Below, in pieces: positions 20,150-33,265 of a DNA stretch of 64,000 bases. The notes beneath the pieces are model-generated. The model had not been told where the DNA came from. It did not search any database and worked only from the letters and a program-made list of their open reading frames with translations. A program made the translations under genes and the position numbers. Where the stretch lies: positions 5,920,001 through 5,984,000 of the forward strand of contig CAWIAD010000002.1 in the NCBI GenBank assembly GCA_963833985.1. Reading direction: 5' to 3'. This DNA comes from an uncultured Planctomycetaceae bacterium. Lineage in GTDB: Bacteria; Planctomycetota; Planctomycetia; Isosphaerales; Isosphaeraceae. Numbering within the stretch: the stretch's first letter is position 1; every line of letters starts with the position of its first letter.

Positions 20150-23100
20150 ATGGTGAGTCGATGCACGGAGGGTCCCGCTGAGTGTTCGAGCCTGGTCGAA
20201 GTGTTGAGGCAGCGTACTGCGAAGGATCCGGCAGCCGCCCTCTTTGCGTTCCATCCGGACGGGGAGCCTGGCTGCCCGCAGCGCTTGACCCGGCGCGGGC
20301 TTGACGAAGAGGCCAGAAGAATTGCGGCCCGGCTGCAAAGGACGGAGCTGGCGGGCCAGCGCGCGCTGCTCTTGTACCCGCCAGGACTCGATTTCATTGC
20401 GGCTTTTTTTGGATGTCTCTATGCCGGAGTGGTGGCCGTCCCGGCCAACGTTCCAAGAGGGAAACGACCCTCGCCTCGATTGAGCTCGATCATCATCGAT
20501 GCACGACCTTCGGTTATCCTCACATGCGGCTCACAGCGAGAAGACGGGGAGCGCTGGGCGATCTCCATCCCCGAACTTCAAAACATATCCCGGCTCATGA
20601 CCGGTGAGGGCGGGGACGTCCTGCCCTCCCCGGAAGACTGGACCGAAACCGGCCTCAGCCGTGAAACCCTTGCCTTTCTCCAGTACACATCGGGCTCAAC
20701 CGCAGCTCCCAAAGGGGTGATGATCACCCATGGCAACTTGCTTGCGAACTCAGCCCGAATCATGAGCCACTTCGGCGCTGCGTCGGAGAGCCGAGGGGTC
20801 TTCTGGCTGCCCCTGTTCCATGACATGGGACTGATCGGCGGCATGATCCAGACCGTCTATAGCGGAGGCGTCAGCACGTTCCTTTCTCCAGTGCATTTTC
20901 TCCAGCGACCGCTTCGCTGGCTGCGAGCCATCACGTCCGACCGTGCCACGATCAGCGGCGGGCCGAACTTTGCCTACGATCTCTGCGTCGACAGGACGAC
21001 GCCGGCGGAGCGTACGGAACTGGATCTGAGCTGCTGGCAGGTGGCCTTCAATGGTGCCGAGATGATCCGTCCCGAGACGATGGAGCGGTTTGCTCGGGCG
21101 TTCGCGCCGGCGGGCTTTCGCCGCGAGGCGTTTCTGCCGTGCTACGGCCTGGCCGAGGCCACGCTCCTGGTTTCGAGCGACACGTCGAGCCGCGAACCGG
21201 TGACCGCGTCGCTGGACAGGAGAGCCCTGGAACACGGCAATGCCGTCGAGCTGTCGGAGCCTGCCGACCAGGTCCGATTGCTGGCGGCCAGCGGCAACGT
21301 CGTTGCTGATCATCGGGTCGTGATCGTCGATCCCGCAACCTGCACCCCGTGCCCTGGTGACCGAGTTGGCGAGATCTGGGTTCAAGGGCCGAGCATCGCG
21401 CAAGGTTACTGGGGGCGGAGCGGGGAGACCGAGGAGGTGTTCCGCGCCACTCTTGCCGGTGATGGCGCGGCCCCGTTCCTGCGGACCGGAGACCTGGGGT
21501 TTCTGAAGGATGGTCTCCTGTACGTCACCGGACGCATCAAGGAACTGATCATCATTCGGGGCCGCAACATCTATCCTCAGGATATCGAACGGGCCGTCGA
21601 GATGTGCCACCCGCTGCTTCGTGGCGATGGTGGTGCGGCTTTTTCGATCGATGAAGCTGATGAAGAGCGGCTTGTCGTCGTTCACGAGATCGAGAGGCAT
21701 GCCGGCGAGGCGGTGGTCAATGAAGTCATCATGGCTGTTCGCCAGGCGATCGCCGAACAGTTCGAGGTCGAGGTCCATGCCATCCGGTTCATCAAGCCGC
21801 TGAAGCTGCCCAGGACCTCGAGCGGAAAAGTTCAGCGCCGCCTGTGCCGCGCGCAGTTCCTGGCCGGCACACTCGAAGTCCTTGCTGGCTGGACTCGCAC
21901 TCATTCGGAAAACCCCCCGCGTCCACCCGAGACTCCGGCCGGGATCGAGCAATTTCCCGTGCGAAACGAGACCGGCGCCACTTCGGCCAGGGCGATTGAA
22001 GACTGGTTGACCGCGAAAGTCGCGGCTCCACTGAATATGAATCCGGAGCAAGTGAGCACGCACCGGCCGCTCTCGAGCTTCGGTCTCGGCTCGCTCCAGG
22101 CAGTCCAGCTCGCAGCGGAGCTCGAGCAATGGTTGGGCCGCAAGCTGCCTGCCACGCTGATCTACGACCATCCGACGATCGACGCCCTGGCACGCTTCCT
22201 CGGGAAGGAATCTCACCCGGGGGAGAGCCGACAAAAAGCAGAGCCGGATCCTCGATCTCGGCAAGAGCCGGTCGCCATCATCGGGATTGGTTGCAGGTTC
22301 CCCGGGGCGAGCGGACCGGAAGAATTCTGGAGATTGCTGCGCGACGAAGTCGATGCGGTCGGTCCGATCCCGCCCGCGCGCTGGGATGAGGAGTCCTCGA
22401 GGGCGCTCGGAATTCCTCATCAGGGCGGCTTCCTGAAGGATGTCGATCGGTTCGACGCCGACTTCTTCGGAGTCTCGCCGCGTGAGGCCGTTTTCATCGA
22501 CCCGCAACATCGATTGCTGCTCGAGACGGCCTGGGAGGCGATTGAAGACGCGGGCTACGCGCTCGAGCGCCTCGCGGGAACATCGGTCGGGGTGTTCGTC
22601 GGCATCTCCACGAACGACTATGCTCAGCTCCAGGCGATCCGCGGTGGTGCCAGCAACGGCTACCGCATCACCGGGAATGCCGCCAGCATCGCGGCGAATC
22701 GCATCTCCTATCACTTCGACTTCCACGGCCCGAGCCTTGCGGTCGACACGGCTTGTTCGTCCTCGCTGGTGGCCGTGCACCTGGCGTGCAAAAGCCTGCG
22801 AGATGGTGAATGCGACCTGGCGATCGCTGGCGGAGTGAACCTGATCCTGCTGCCGGAGGTGTTTGCAAGTTTCGCGAAGGCAGGTTTTCTTTCGCCCGAA
22901 GGACGGTGCCGCACATTCGATGCGCAGGCAAGTGGCTACACCCGCGGCGAAGGGGTGGGGACGATCGTGCTCGCCCCGCTCTCGCACGCTCTGGGCAAGG
23001 GCGACCCGATCTACGCCGTGATCCGGGGCGGCGCTGTGAACCAGGACGGACGCAGCAATGGGTTGACCGCCCCCAACCGCTCGGCGCAGGAATCCTTGCT

Positions 23101-26100
23101 CCGTGAAGCCCATCGGCGGGCCGGAATCGCTCCCGGAGAGATTGACTATGTTGAGGCACACGGCACAGGTACCTTGCTGGGCGATCCGATCGAGGCCAGC
23201 GCGCTCGGGGAGGTTTTGTCGGCAGGGCGCACGTCCGAGAGCCCCTGTGCCCTCGGCTCGGTCAAGACCAACATCGGTCACCTCGAGGCCGCGGCCGGGA
23301 TCGCGGGACTGATCAAGACTGCACTGGCGCTTCAACACGGAGAAATCCCGCCAAGCCTCCATTATTCTGAACCCAATCCGCATATCGCATTTCACGAGCT
23401 TCCACTTCGCGTGCAGCGAGAACTTGCTCCCTGGCCCCGCAACGGCCGCCCCGCGGTTGCGGCCGTGAGTTCACTGGGGTTCGGCGGAACCAATGCACAC
23501 CTGGTACTCCAGGAGGCGCCGTCAGCCGGCGCGATGCATGCGGACACGGAAATCGAATCGCGTGCCCGGAGTGCTTCCGAGCAAGTCCTGATTCCGCTCT
23601 CCGCCAGGTCCTGGGACGCCCTTCATGATGCGGCTCGTCAGGTACGGGACGTGCTGTGCGCAGCGGACCGAGAAACGAACCTCGCTGACATGGCTCACAC
23701 GCTTCGCGCGCGGCGCGGACACCATGATTTCCGGCTGGCTCTGCTGGTCTCGAATGCCGATGAAGCAGTGGCGGCGATCGATCACTTTCGTCGCGGCGAG
23801 CCCCACGTCTGTGCCGCATCAGGTCGCCGGCTGCCCGGGCGCCGACCTGGCCTGGCGTTCGTCTTTTCCGATCTCGGCGACCTCTCGGCGGGAGTCGGAC
23901 GAGACCTTCCTGCTGCCGAGCCAGCCTTTCGCAAGGCGGTCGAGCGCCTGGACGCCGTTCTGGCGCCTCGGCTGGGGTGGTCGCCTGGCGCAATGCTGAT
24001 GGGTCCGGGGGCGTCTCCGCGGATCAGCGATTCCCGGGCTGCTCGAGCGGTTCACTTCGTGCTCCAGGTTGCATTGGCGGAGTTGTGGAACTCGTGGGGA
24101 ATCATCCCGGACCATGTACTTGGCAACGGCACCGGAGACCTCGCCGCGGCTCATGTTTCCGGCCTGCTGAACCTGGAGCTCGCGGCCGCCGTTGTCTCGA
24201 ACGAAATCGAGCCAGAGCAAGGGGAAAACTGGACACATCCAGATGGCTCCCTGGAGGAAGCACTCTCCGGTCTCGCCGGGAGCGGAGTGCAGCTTTTCGT
24301 CGAGATCAGCCGGCACCCGTCCCTGGTTGCGGAGATCAGGAAGAGTGTCCGCATTCCCGGCGCTGAGCCGCTGGTCCTGGCGTCACTCCATCGCGGTGAA
24401 AGCAGTCTTGAAACGCTTCGGTCCTCGGCGGCGTTTCTCTACACGCGCGGGCTGGACCTTGAATGGTCGCGGGTCACGCCTCCGGGCCGCCTGGTCCGGC
24501 TTCCAGGTTACCCCTGGCAGCGCGAGCGGTACTGGATCGAGACAGCCGATCATGGGACACCGAACCGGGTCCACGTGAAGCATGGTGAGCGCGATGGAGA
24601 GCCACCGGGCGACACGGCAAGTGAGAGAAACGGACGGTCCGTCGAGCGTCGCCATTTTCCGGACAAGGAAAGTCCTGGAAAGGGTCAGGCAAAGCCCCAT
24701 GACCTCATCACTCACTCCGGCCTTGACGCTGCGGTGGCCGAGCCTGCTGCCGTCGACAGGGTGCCTGGCGGAGAGCCTCACGTTCGGGTCGAGGATCGCC
24801 GTCAACGGTTGCTTGAAGGCTTGCGGAAGCAACTGGCTCTCGTTCTTGGAATGGAGCAGGAGAAGGTCGATCCCGACCGGCCCCTGCTATCGATGGGGCT
24901 CGATTCCTTGACGGCCGTCGATCTGAAGATGGCGGCTGAGTCGTCCCTGGGGATTCAGTTTCCGCTCTCGTCACTGCTCGAGGGAACGACTCTTCGCGAA
25001 CTGGCCGCGAGTTTTGTTGCGACAGACTCCGGGAATCCGCCCGGATCGGCTGTCACAAGCGGCCGGACCGATGCGGTCCCGCCGTTGTCCCTGACGGCTC
25101 CATCGGAAAGCCGCGAGCTCGACCAGCGGCTCTCGCATGGGCAGCAGATGCTCTGGTATGCGCACCAGTTTGCGCCTGCCGGGGCAGCCTACCATGTAAC
25201 GGGTGCCGGGCGGGTCCGAGCGAAGCTCGATTTCACTGCGCTGCGACGCGCATTCCGGCGTGTCATCGCTGCACAGGATGCACTGAGGACCACGTTCGAC
25301 GTTGTTGCCGAGAGACCGACAGTCCGCCTCCTGGATGAGTCTGTGCTGGCAAGTCGTGAGGACGAGTGGCTGCCGATCCTGGATGTTTCGGATCAGGACG
25401 ATGCGGAGATCCAGGACAAACTGGCCGGGCTGGCAAGCCGGCCCTTCGATCTCGGCCGAGGCCCGCTCTTCCGTGTGCATCTCCTCAGCCGCTCGGCCTC
25501 GGATCACGTCTTCCTGCTGGTCTTTCATCACATCATCGCCGACTTCTGGTCGACGGGCATCTTCGTCAGCGACCTGATGTCCGCCTATGCCGCGGAGCTC
25601 GAAGGACGCGGGGAAGCTGGGCCGCCAAATCGGGTGCGATATGCCGATTTCGCGAACTGGCAGCATCAAATGGTTGCCGGTGAGGAGGGAGAGCGGCACT
25701 GGACGTACTGGAAAGACCAGCTTGCCGGACCGCTCCCTGTCCTTGAGCTTCCGACCGACTTCCCGAGACCTCCCGTTCAAAGTTTCCGAGGCACGACTCG
25801 CCGCTTCGAGGTCGATCCGCAGTTGACCAGGCGGTTCGTCGCATTCTGCGAGGATCGCGGCGTCAGCCTGTATGCCGCTCTGCTTGCTGCCTTTCAGATT
25901 CTCCTGCGCGCTACACCGGCCAGCGCGACATCATTGTCGGTACGCCCGCATCCGGCAGGACGCGTCCGGAATTCCAGCATCTGGTGGGTTACTTCGTCAA
26001 CCTGCTGCCAATGCGCAGCGATCTGTCCGAGAATTTGCCCTTCGACGAGTTTCTGAATCATGTTCGACGGACGGTTGCCGACGGGCTGGAGCACCAGGAC

Positions 26101-29100
26101 TTTCCCTTCGGCGTGCTCGCGCATCGGCTCCAGAAGCATGCCGATCCCAGCCGGCCGCCGATTTTCCAGGTGATGTTTGCCCATCAGAAAGTCCAGCCCC
26201 TGGACGTGCAGGGACTGGCCCCCTTCGCCCTGGGCATACCGGGTGCGCGCCTGGACCTGGGTCTTCTGAGTGCCGAATCCGTCGCATTCGACAAGCTGTG
26301 TGCTCTCTTCGATCTCACGATGATGACCGCGCGGCAGGGCGATCGACTGCTTGTTGCGCTGGAATACAGCACCGATCTCTTCACGGCTGAATGGATCGAC
26401 CGTCTGGCGGCGGGTTTCCAGAATCTGCTCGCGCATGTGGTCACCGATCCACGGTGCCGCATCGATGATTTTCCGCTGCTCTCGGAGGCCGAACAGCAGC
26501 GACTGCTGCACGATTGGTCTGCGCCGGTCAGCATTTCGCACCAGGATCTCGCCGTCCACCGTCGTTTCGAGAGGCAGGCCAAGGAGTCACCCGAGGCGAC
26601 CGCACTCGCCTTCGGTGAAGAAACTTTGACCTATCGAGAGCTGAATCGATGGTCAAACATCGTGGCACGGCGGCTGACCGGGTTGAGTATCGGTCCGGAA
26701 ACCGTCATCGCCATCCATCTCGAGCCATGGCCGATGCGGATGGCCGCGGTGCTGGGCGCCCTCAAGGCGGGATGTGCCTACTTGCCGCTCGAGCCGGACC
26801 ATCCCCGGGAGCGGCTTGCGGCGATGCTCGGCGGCTCCAGTGCCACGGTGCTCGTGACCGATGAGACTCCTCGGAATCGAATCCCCGCGGGCGACGCGCG
26901 GGTTGTGACCCTGGATTCCCTGATGAACACGACTGTGGGGGATGACCCGGTCAATCCCGGACTTCCTGTGGCGGATGCCAACCTGGCTTACGTACTGTAC
27001 ACATCGGGGACGACAGGCCGGCCCAAGGGTGTGATGGTCACGCACGGCGGGCTCATGGCAGCCGCCGATGCCTGGCGGCAAGCCTACGAGCTTGATGGAC
27101 CGCCGCGCCGGCACCTTCAGGCCGCGGGCTTCGGCTTTGACGTCTTTGCCGGCGAATGGATCCGAGCCCTCACCACCGGTGGTACGCTGGTGGCTTGCCC
27201 CAGACACGTCGCGCTCGACCCCCCGGCTCTGACCACGCTGATCCGACGCCAGCAGGTCGAGTGCCTGGAGCTGGTCCCGGCACTCGCCCAGGCGCTGGCC
27301 GATCACCTGGAAAACCAGGGCGAGCATCTGCTGGGTGTACGGCTGCTGGCAGTGGGCTCCGACACCCTGCGAGGGCCTCTGTACCGGCGGCTGCGCCGCC
27401 TTCTGGGACCCGGCGCCAGGGTGGTCAACTCTTATGGACTGACCGAGGCCACCATCGACAGTGCCTGCTTCGATGGCAGGCACCAGGGAGACGCCGCCGT
27501 ACCAATCGGCCGGCCTCTACCCGGCACGCGGGCCTACGTGCTGGACCCGCGTGGGGGGCTCGTGCCTGCGGGGATTGATGGCGAGCTCTACATCGGTGGG
27601 CCCGGAGTGGCGCGGGGTTACCTGGGCGACGCGAGACTGACGGCGGCGCGGTTCGTACCCGACCCGTGGGGAGGACCGGGGGCCCGCATGTACGCGACCG
27701 GCGACCGAGCGCGGTGGCGTGACGATGGCGTGCTTCAGCTCCTGGGGCGGCACGACGGTCAGGTGAAGATACGCGGTGTTCGCATCGAGCTCGAAGAGGT
27801 CGAAGCTGTGCTGTCGCGCCACCCCGAGGTCCGTTCGGCCGCGGTCCTTGTACGTGAGGACTCTCGGGGTCGCAGAGAGCTGGCGGCGTATGTGGTGGCT
27901 GTACAGGACCCGGGTCCCGAAGTATCGGCCCTGCGGCGCTGGCTCAAGGATCGCCTGCCCGAACCGATGATCCCCACCTCGATCATATTCTTGCCCCGAA
28001 TGCCGCTGTCGTCCAACGGCAAGCTGGATCGCTCGGCACTTCCGCCGCTTGTGGGGACTTTCAACGAAGAGGCCATGCTGGTGGCCCCGCGCACAGCCGC
28101 CGAGACGATCCTGGCCGAGATTGTGGCGGAGGTCGCAGGCCGGGGCCGCGTTGGCATTCATGCCAATTTCTTCGAGCTGGGCATCGATTCCATCGCCGGG
28201 ATCCGTCTTATCGCCCGCGCGCGGCAGCAGGGGCTGGTCCTGGAGCCGGCTCTGCTCTTTTCCCATCCAACGATTGCGGAGCTGGCGGCCGCGGCATACG
28301 CCAATCCGGCAGGCTTTGATGTATCGCCAGCGCGTGAGATCGCCCCGTTTGAGCTGGCTCCCGAGGGATTCGACCGCGCCGCGCTGGAGCGCAGCGTTGG
28401 CGGCGAGATCGAAGACGCCTATCCGCTCACCGGCGTCCAGGAGGCCATGCTGTTTCATGCCCTGGCGGCGCCCGAGGCAGGGCAGTACCTGGAACAGTTC
28501 ACATGTGAAATTCGAGGAGATCTCGACATCGAGAGGCTTCGCAAGTCCTGGCAACACGTCATCGCGCGGCATCCGGCGCTACGATCGACGCTCCAGTGGA
28601 CGACACGAGGCCGTCCCTACCAGATCGTCCACAAGAGGCTGGACCAGGACGTTGATCTGCACGACTGGCGAGGACTCTCGGTGGACGAGCAAGAAGCGCG
28701 GTTCGCCGCATACCTCACGGCGGACCGCCGGCGAGGATTCGATGCCGGTCAACCGCCGCTGTCGCGTCTGGCGGTCTTTCAGCTCGAGGAACGCCTGAAC
28801 CGACTACTCTGGAGCGTTCACCACGTTGTGATCGATGGCTGGTGCCTGACCCTCGTCCTGGACGAGGTACTCAACGGTTATGAAGCGATGAGGGCGGGCC
28901 GGGAGATCGAGTCACCCACAAGCCGGCCATTCCGTGACTATGTCGGCTGGCTGCAAGGGCAGAACGACTCCGATGCGGACGCCTACTGGCGTCGAACCCT
29001 GGCCGGGTTCACCCAGGCGACGCCGCTGGGACTGACGGAGCGGGCGCCGGACGGCAGCCCTCTCCCGCCCGGAGCAATGTCCGACAGGGAGATCCGACTT

Positions 29101-29856
29101 TCTGCCCATGCAACGGCAGCCCTTCAAACGGTCGCCCGGGAGCGGCAGCTTACCCTGAGCACGCTGATCCAGGGGGCGTGGGCCTTAGTACTGAGCCGCT
29201 ACAGCGGTCAGGACGAGGTCCTTTTTGGGGTAACCGTCTCCGGACGCCCCTCCGAGCTTCCCGGCGTGGAGTCCATTGTCGGGATGTTCATCAACGTGCT
29301 CCCCGTGCGCGTCGTCGTGAACGAGGAATCTCTGCTGATACCGTGGTTGCGCCGGCTTCAAATGAACCTCGTCGAGCTGCGCCGCTTCGAGACCGTTCCC
29401 CTTTCACGGATCCAGACATGGAGCAACGTTCCGCCCGGGCAGCCCTTGTTCGAGAGCTTCGTCACCGTCCAGAACCTGCCCTTCGTTGATTCACTCCAGC
29501 GGCACGCCAACCGGCTCGGCATTGAATCGGCACGGTGGATCGAGCGAACTAATTACCCCATCGCCGTGACGGCTTTGCCCGGCGCGGAGCTATCCATCAA
29601 GATCACCTTCGACTCCGTGCGTTTCCTGCCGCATAGCGTCGAGGGCGCGCTCGATCACCTTCAGAGACTGCTCGAGGGAATGGCGTCTGATTGCGAGCGC
29701 CGGCTGATCGACTTGCCCTGGATGACGGAGATCGAGCAAGAGTTCCTGATCGGAAAATCGAATCAGTGCCAGGCTGACCTCGTGGCTGATGATCTGGATA
29801 CCGGCCACTCAGACGAACCAGCGATCGAGGCCTTCATCACAGACCCGGCCGAGTAG
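20150..29856 (+). CDS. Hybrid PKS-NRPS: FAAL-ACP-KS-AT(degenerate)-ACP-C-A(Orn/Dab-like)-PCP-C; single frameshift near 25907
   Basis: [60 protein letters not shown] in place of GHSx[19 protein letters not shown], continuing after the shift as [13 protein letters not shown]...[34 protein letters not shown]. Confidence 0.9.
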
Positions 29857-29869
29857 CGCGGAGACAACG

Positions 29870-32800
29870 ATGAGCCAGCTCGAGAGTGATGTGGAACCTG
29901 TCCTGGAGCCTCAGCCAGGACGTAACTCGCAGGCCGATCCAGAGCGCAGCGATCCAGTGCGGACCGAGCCAAGGCCTGTCCACAGGCGGATCGAGGAACA
30001 GGCCGAGCGCAGGCCCGATGCGATCGCGGTTAGCGGCGCGGGTGGCTCACTCAGCTATGCGCAACTGAATGCGCAGGCCAACCGACTGGCCCGGCGCTTA
30101 CGCCGCCTGGGTGTTGGCCCCGAGGTGCTGGTGGGGCTTTGCACTGCGCAGCCCGCGACTGGTGGCGGCCTTGCTGGGCGTGCTCAAGGCGGGTGGAGCC
30201 TATGTGCCGCTGGACCCGTCCTATCCGGCGGAAAGGCTCTCCTACATGCTCGAGGACGCGCGCGTCGGGCTGCTCTTGACCGAAGAGCGGCTGCTGGAAA
30301 AGCTTCCTCGATCCAACGCGCAGGTCCTCTGCCTGGACCGCGATCAGCAAGTGATCGACCGCGAGAGCGCTGCGAGTTTCCAGAGTGGCGTCGTAACGGG
30401 AAATACCGCGTATGTTCTTTACACTTCCGGCTCGACCGGAAAGCCCAAGGGGGTGCAAGTCACGCATGCTGGGCTGACGAACTTGCTGCTATCGATGCGT
30501 CGTCTGCTCTCCATCAGCCAGGAAGATTGCCTGCTCGCGGTGACGACGCTGTCGTTCGATATCGCCGCACTCGAGATCTTCCTGCCCTTGCTGGTTGGTG
30601 CCTGTGTGGAGATTGTGGACCGCGACGAGGCTGCTGACGGGGTGCGGCTTGCGGCGCGGCTTGACGAGCGCGAAATCACGTTCCTCCAGGCGACCCCCGC
30701 GTCCTGGCGCATGCTGCTAGAAGCGGGCTGGCAGGGCAAGGCGACGCTGACCATGCTGTGCGGGGGCGAGGCACTTCCGCGCACGCTGGCGGACCGGCTG
30801 GTCACGAAAGGGCAGGCACTCTGGAATCTGTACGGGCCAACCGAGACGACGATCTGGTCATCGGCCTGCCAGATCGTGGCCGGAGAGCCTTCCATTTCGA
30901 TTGGTAAGCCGATCGCGAACACACGCCTGCTGGTCCTCGACAAGCGTTTGCGGGTCGTACCGATCGGAGTGATCGGCGAGCTTTACATTGGAGGCATGGG
31001 CCTGGCCCGCGGCTATCTGGGCCGCCCGTCACTCACGGCCGAGCGGTTCATCCCCGACCCGTTCGGCCTCCCGGCCGGTGGGCGGCTTTACCGTACCGGA
31101 GACCTTGCTCGCCGGCGCCCCGATGGAACGCTCGAATGTCTAGGTCGGGTTGATCATCAGGTCAAGATCCGCGGCTTTCGTGTGGAACTCGGTGAGATCG
31201 AGGCTGCGCTGACGCAGCACCCCGGCGTGAGCCAGGCCGTCGTCACCGCGCGCCCGGATTCCAGTGGCGAGATGAGCCTGGCCGCCTATGTGGTGCCCCG
31301 CGCCGGGGATAGCCCGGCCAGCGCGGCCGAATGGCGCCGCTGGCTGGTCGGGGTCGTCCCGGAGTACATGGTTCCCACCGCGTTTGTGATGCTGGAAGCG
31401 CTCCCGATGACACCCAATGGGAAGATCGATCGGCAGGCCCTTCCCGATCCCGAGCTGGCGGGAAAACCAGCGAGCGTCAGCTTTGTCCCGCCACGCGGGC
31501 CGATCGAGGAGGCGATTGCCGAGCTCTGGACCGAACTGCTCGGCGACGGCCCCTTCGGCGCCCATGACAGCTTCTTCGATCGGGGTGGCCATTCGCTGCT
31601 GGCCGTGCGTTTGCTGGCGCGAATTCGCCAGACCTTCGATGTCGAGACGCCGCTCAAGGACTTTCTTGAGGAACCGACGCTTGCGCGGCTGGCGCGCCTG
31701 GTGGAGCAGTGCTTGAAGGAAGGAACGGGGCACCAGGCTCCGCCGATCGAGCAAGTCCATCGCCAGGGACCATTGCCGGCGTCCTTCGCACAGCAACGTC
31801 TCTGGTACCTCGACCAGCTTGATCCCGGTCGCGCTTCCTACAACATTCCTGTCGCTGTACGCCTTGCGGGCCGGCTTGATCTTCGCGCTTTCGAGCGCGC
31901 GCTCAATGAAACGATCAGGCGGCACGAGGTGCTGCGCACCATCCTCGTTGACGAAGGCGGAATTCCCCATCAGGTCATCATGCCCCGGCTGGAGATCACA
32001 CTGGTCCCCGATGACCTCAGCGCGCTTCCTGAGCCGCTTCGCGAGGGACGTGCCGTCGAGCGGCTTCGTGAAGAAGCGGAGCGGCCTTTCGATCTGGCGC
32101 GCGGACCGCTCATCCGAGCCGGTCTGCTGCGGCTGGCCGAGCTGGAGCACATCGTCATCGTCGTGATGCATCATGCCGTATCCGACGGCTGGTCGGTCGG
32201 CATCCTGATTCGCGAAATGTCGGCACTCTACGAGGCGTTCCGGCATGACCAGCCCTCCCCGCTCCCCGAACCGTCCATCCAGTATGCCGATTATGCAGTC
32301 TGGCAGCGGAACTGGCTGACCGGCGACGTCCTCCAGGCCCACCTTGATTACTGGACCAGGCAGCTCGGCGGCCTCGCGGACCTGGACCTGCCTACCGACC
32401 GGCCCCGACCGCTAGTGGCCAGCCAGCGCGGCGGAGAGCGGTCCATGAAGCTGGGGAAGAGCACGCTCGAAGGACTGCGCTCCCTCGGCCGCCAGGAGGG
32501 AACCACCCTGTACATGACGCTGCTCGCGGCATTCCAGGTCTTGCTGCACCGTCACTCGGGGCAAGAGGACTTCGCGGTCGGCACCCCCATCGCCGCACGA
32601 ACTCAACCGGAGCTGGAGGACCTGATCGGCTTCTTCGTGAGCACCCTGGTCATGCGCGGCGATCTCTCCGGTGATCCCAGCTTTCGCGCATTACTCAAAA
32701 GGCTGAGACAGACGGCCATCGAGGCTTACGCTCATCAGGACCTGCCGTTCGAGATGCTCGTGACCGTGCTGCAAACCCGCCGCGACCCAAGCCGGAGTCC

Positions 32801-33218
32801 CCTTTTCCAGGTGATGTTCGCCCTCCAGAATGCGCCGCTGCCCGCACTTCAGTCACCCGAGCTGCAACTCACTCCACTGAATCCCACGAGTGGGACCTCG
32901 AAGTTTGATCTGACATTGTTCGCCGTGGAAGAGCCTCAGGGCTTGCACCTGACCATGGAATACAGCACGGATCTGTTCGAGGCTGCCACGGTCGATCGCA
33001 TGCTCGACCGCCTGGCGATTCTCGTCGAGGAGATCATCGCCTATCCCGACCGTCCGATCGGGGCACTGAACATGCTCTCGGAGGAAGAACGGAGGCAAGC
33101 GATCGCGGACTGGAATGCCGGGGGTGGCGGCGAAGCCTTTACATCATTTGATGATCTCGACGACGAGGTCCTTGTCGCTCAGGAACAGTCGCCAGAGGGG
33201 CTCGTGGGCGACGGATAG
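29870..33218 (+). CDS. NRPS A(Gly)-PCP-C(terminal); frameshift near 30145
   Basis: GGAG SD and ATG 29870. A core motifs with code [29 protein letters not shown]. No TE. Confidence 0.9.
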
Positions 33219-33265
33219 CGCGGCGCAACGCAGGCGAGAGAGTTTTCAAGAGGCATGGCTCATCA

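Noticed and set aside
20750..23395. 881-aa minus-strand ORF (likewise 48161-50827 + and many other long overlapping ORFs)
   Set aside because: These are antisense shadows of well-supported genes, expected at high GC.
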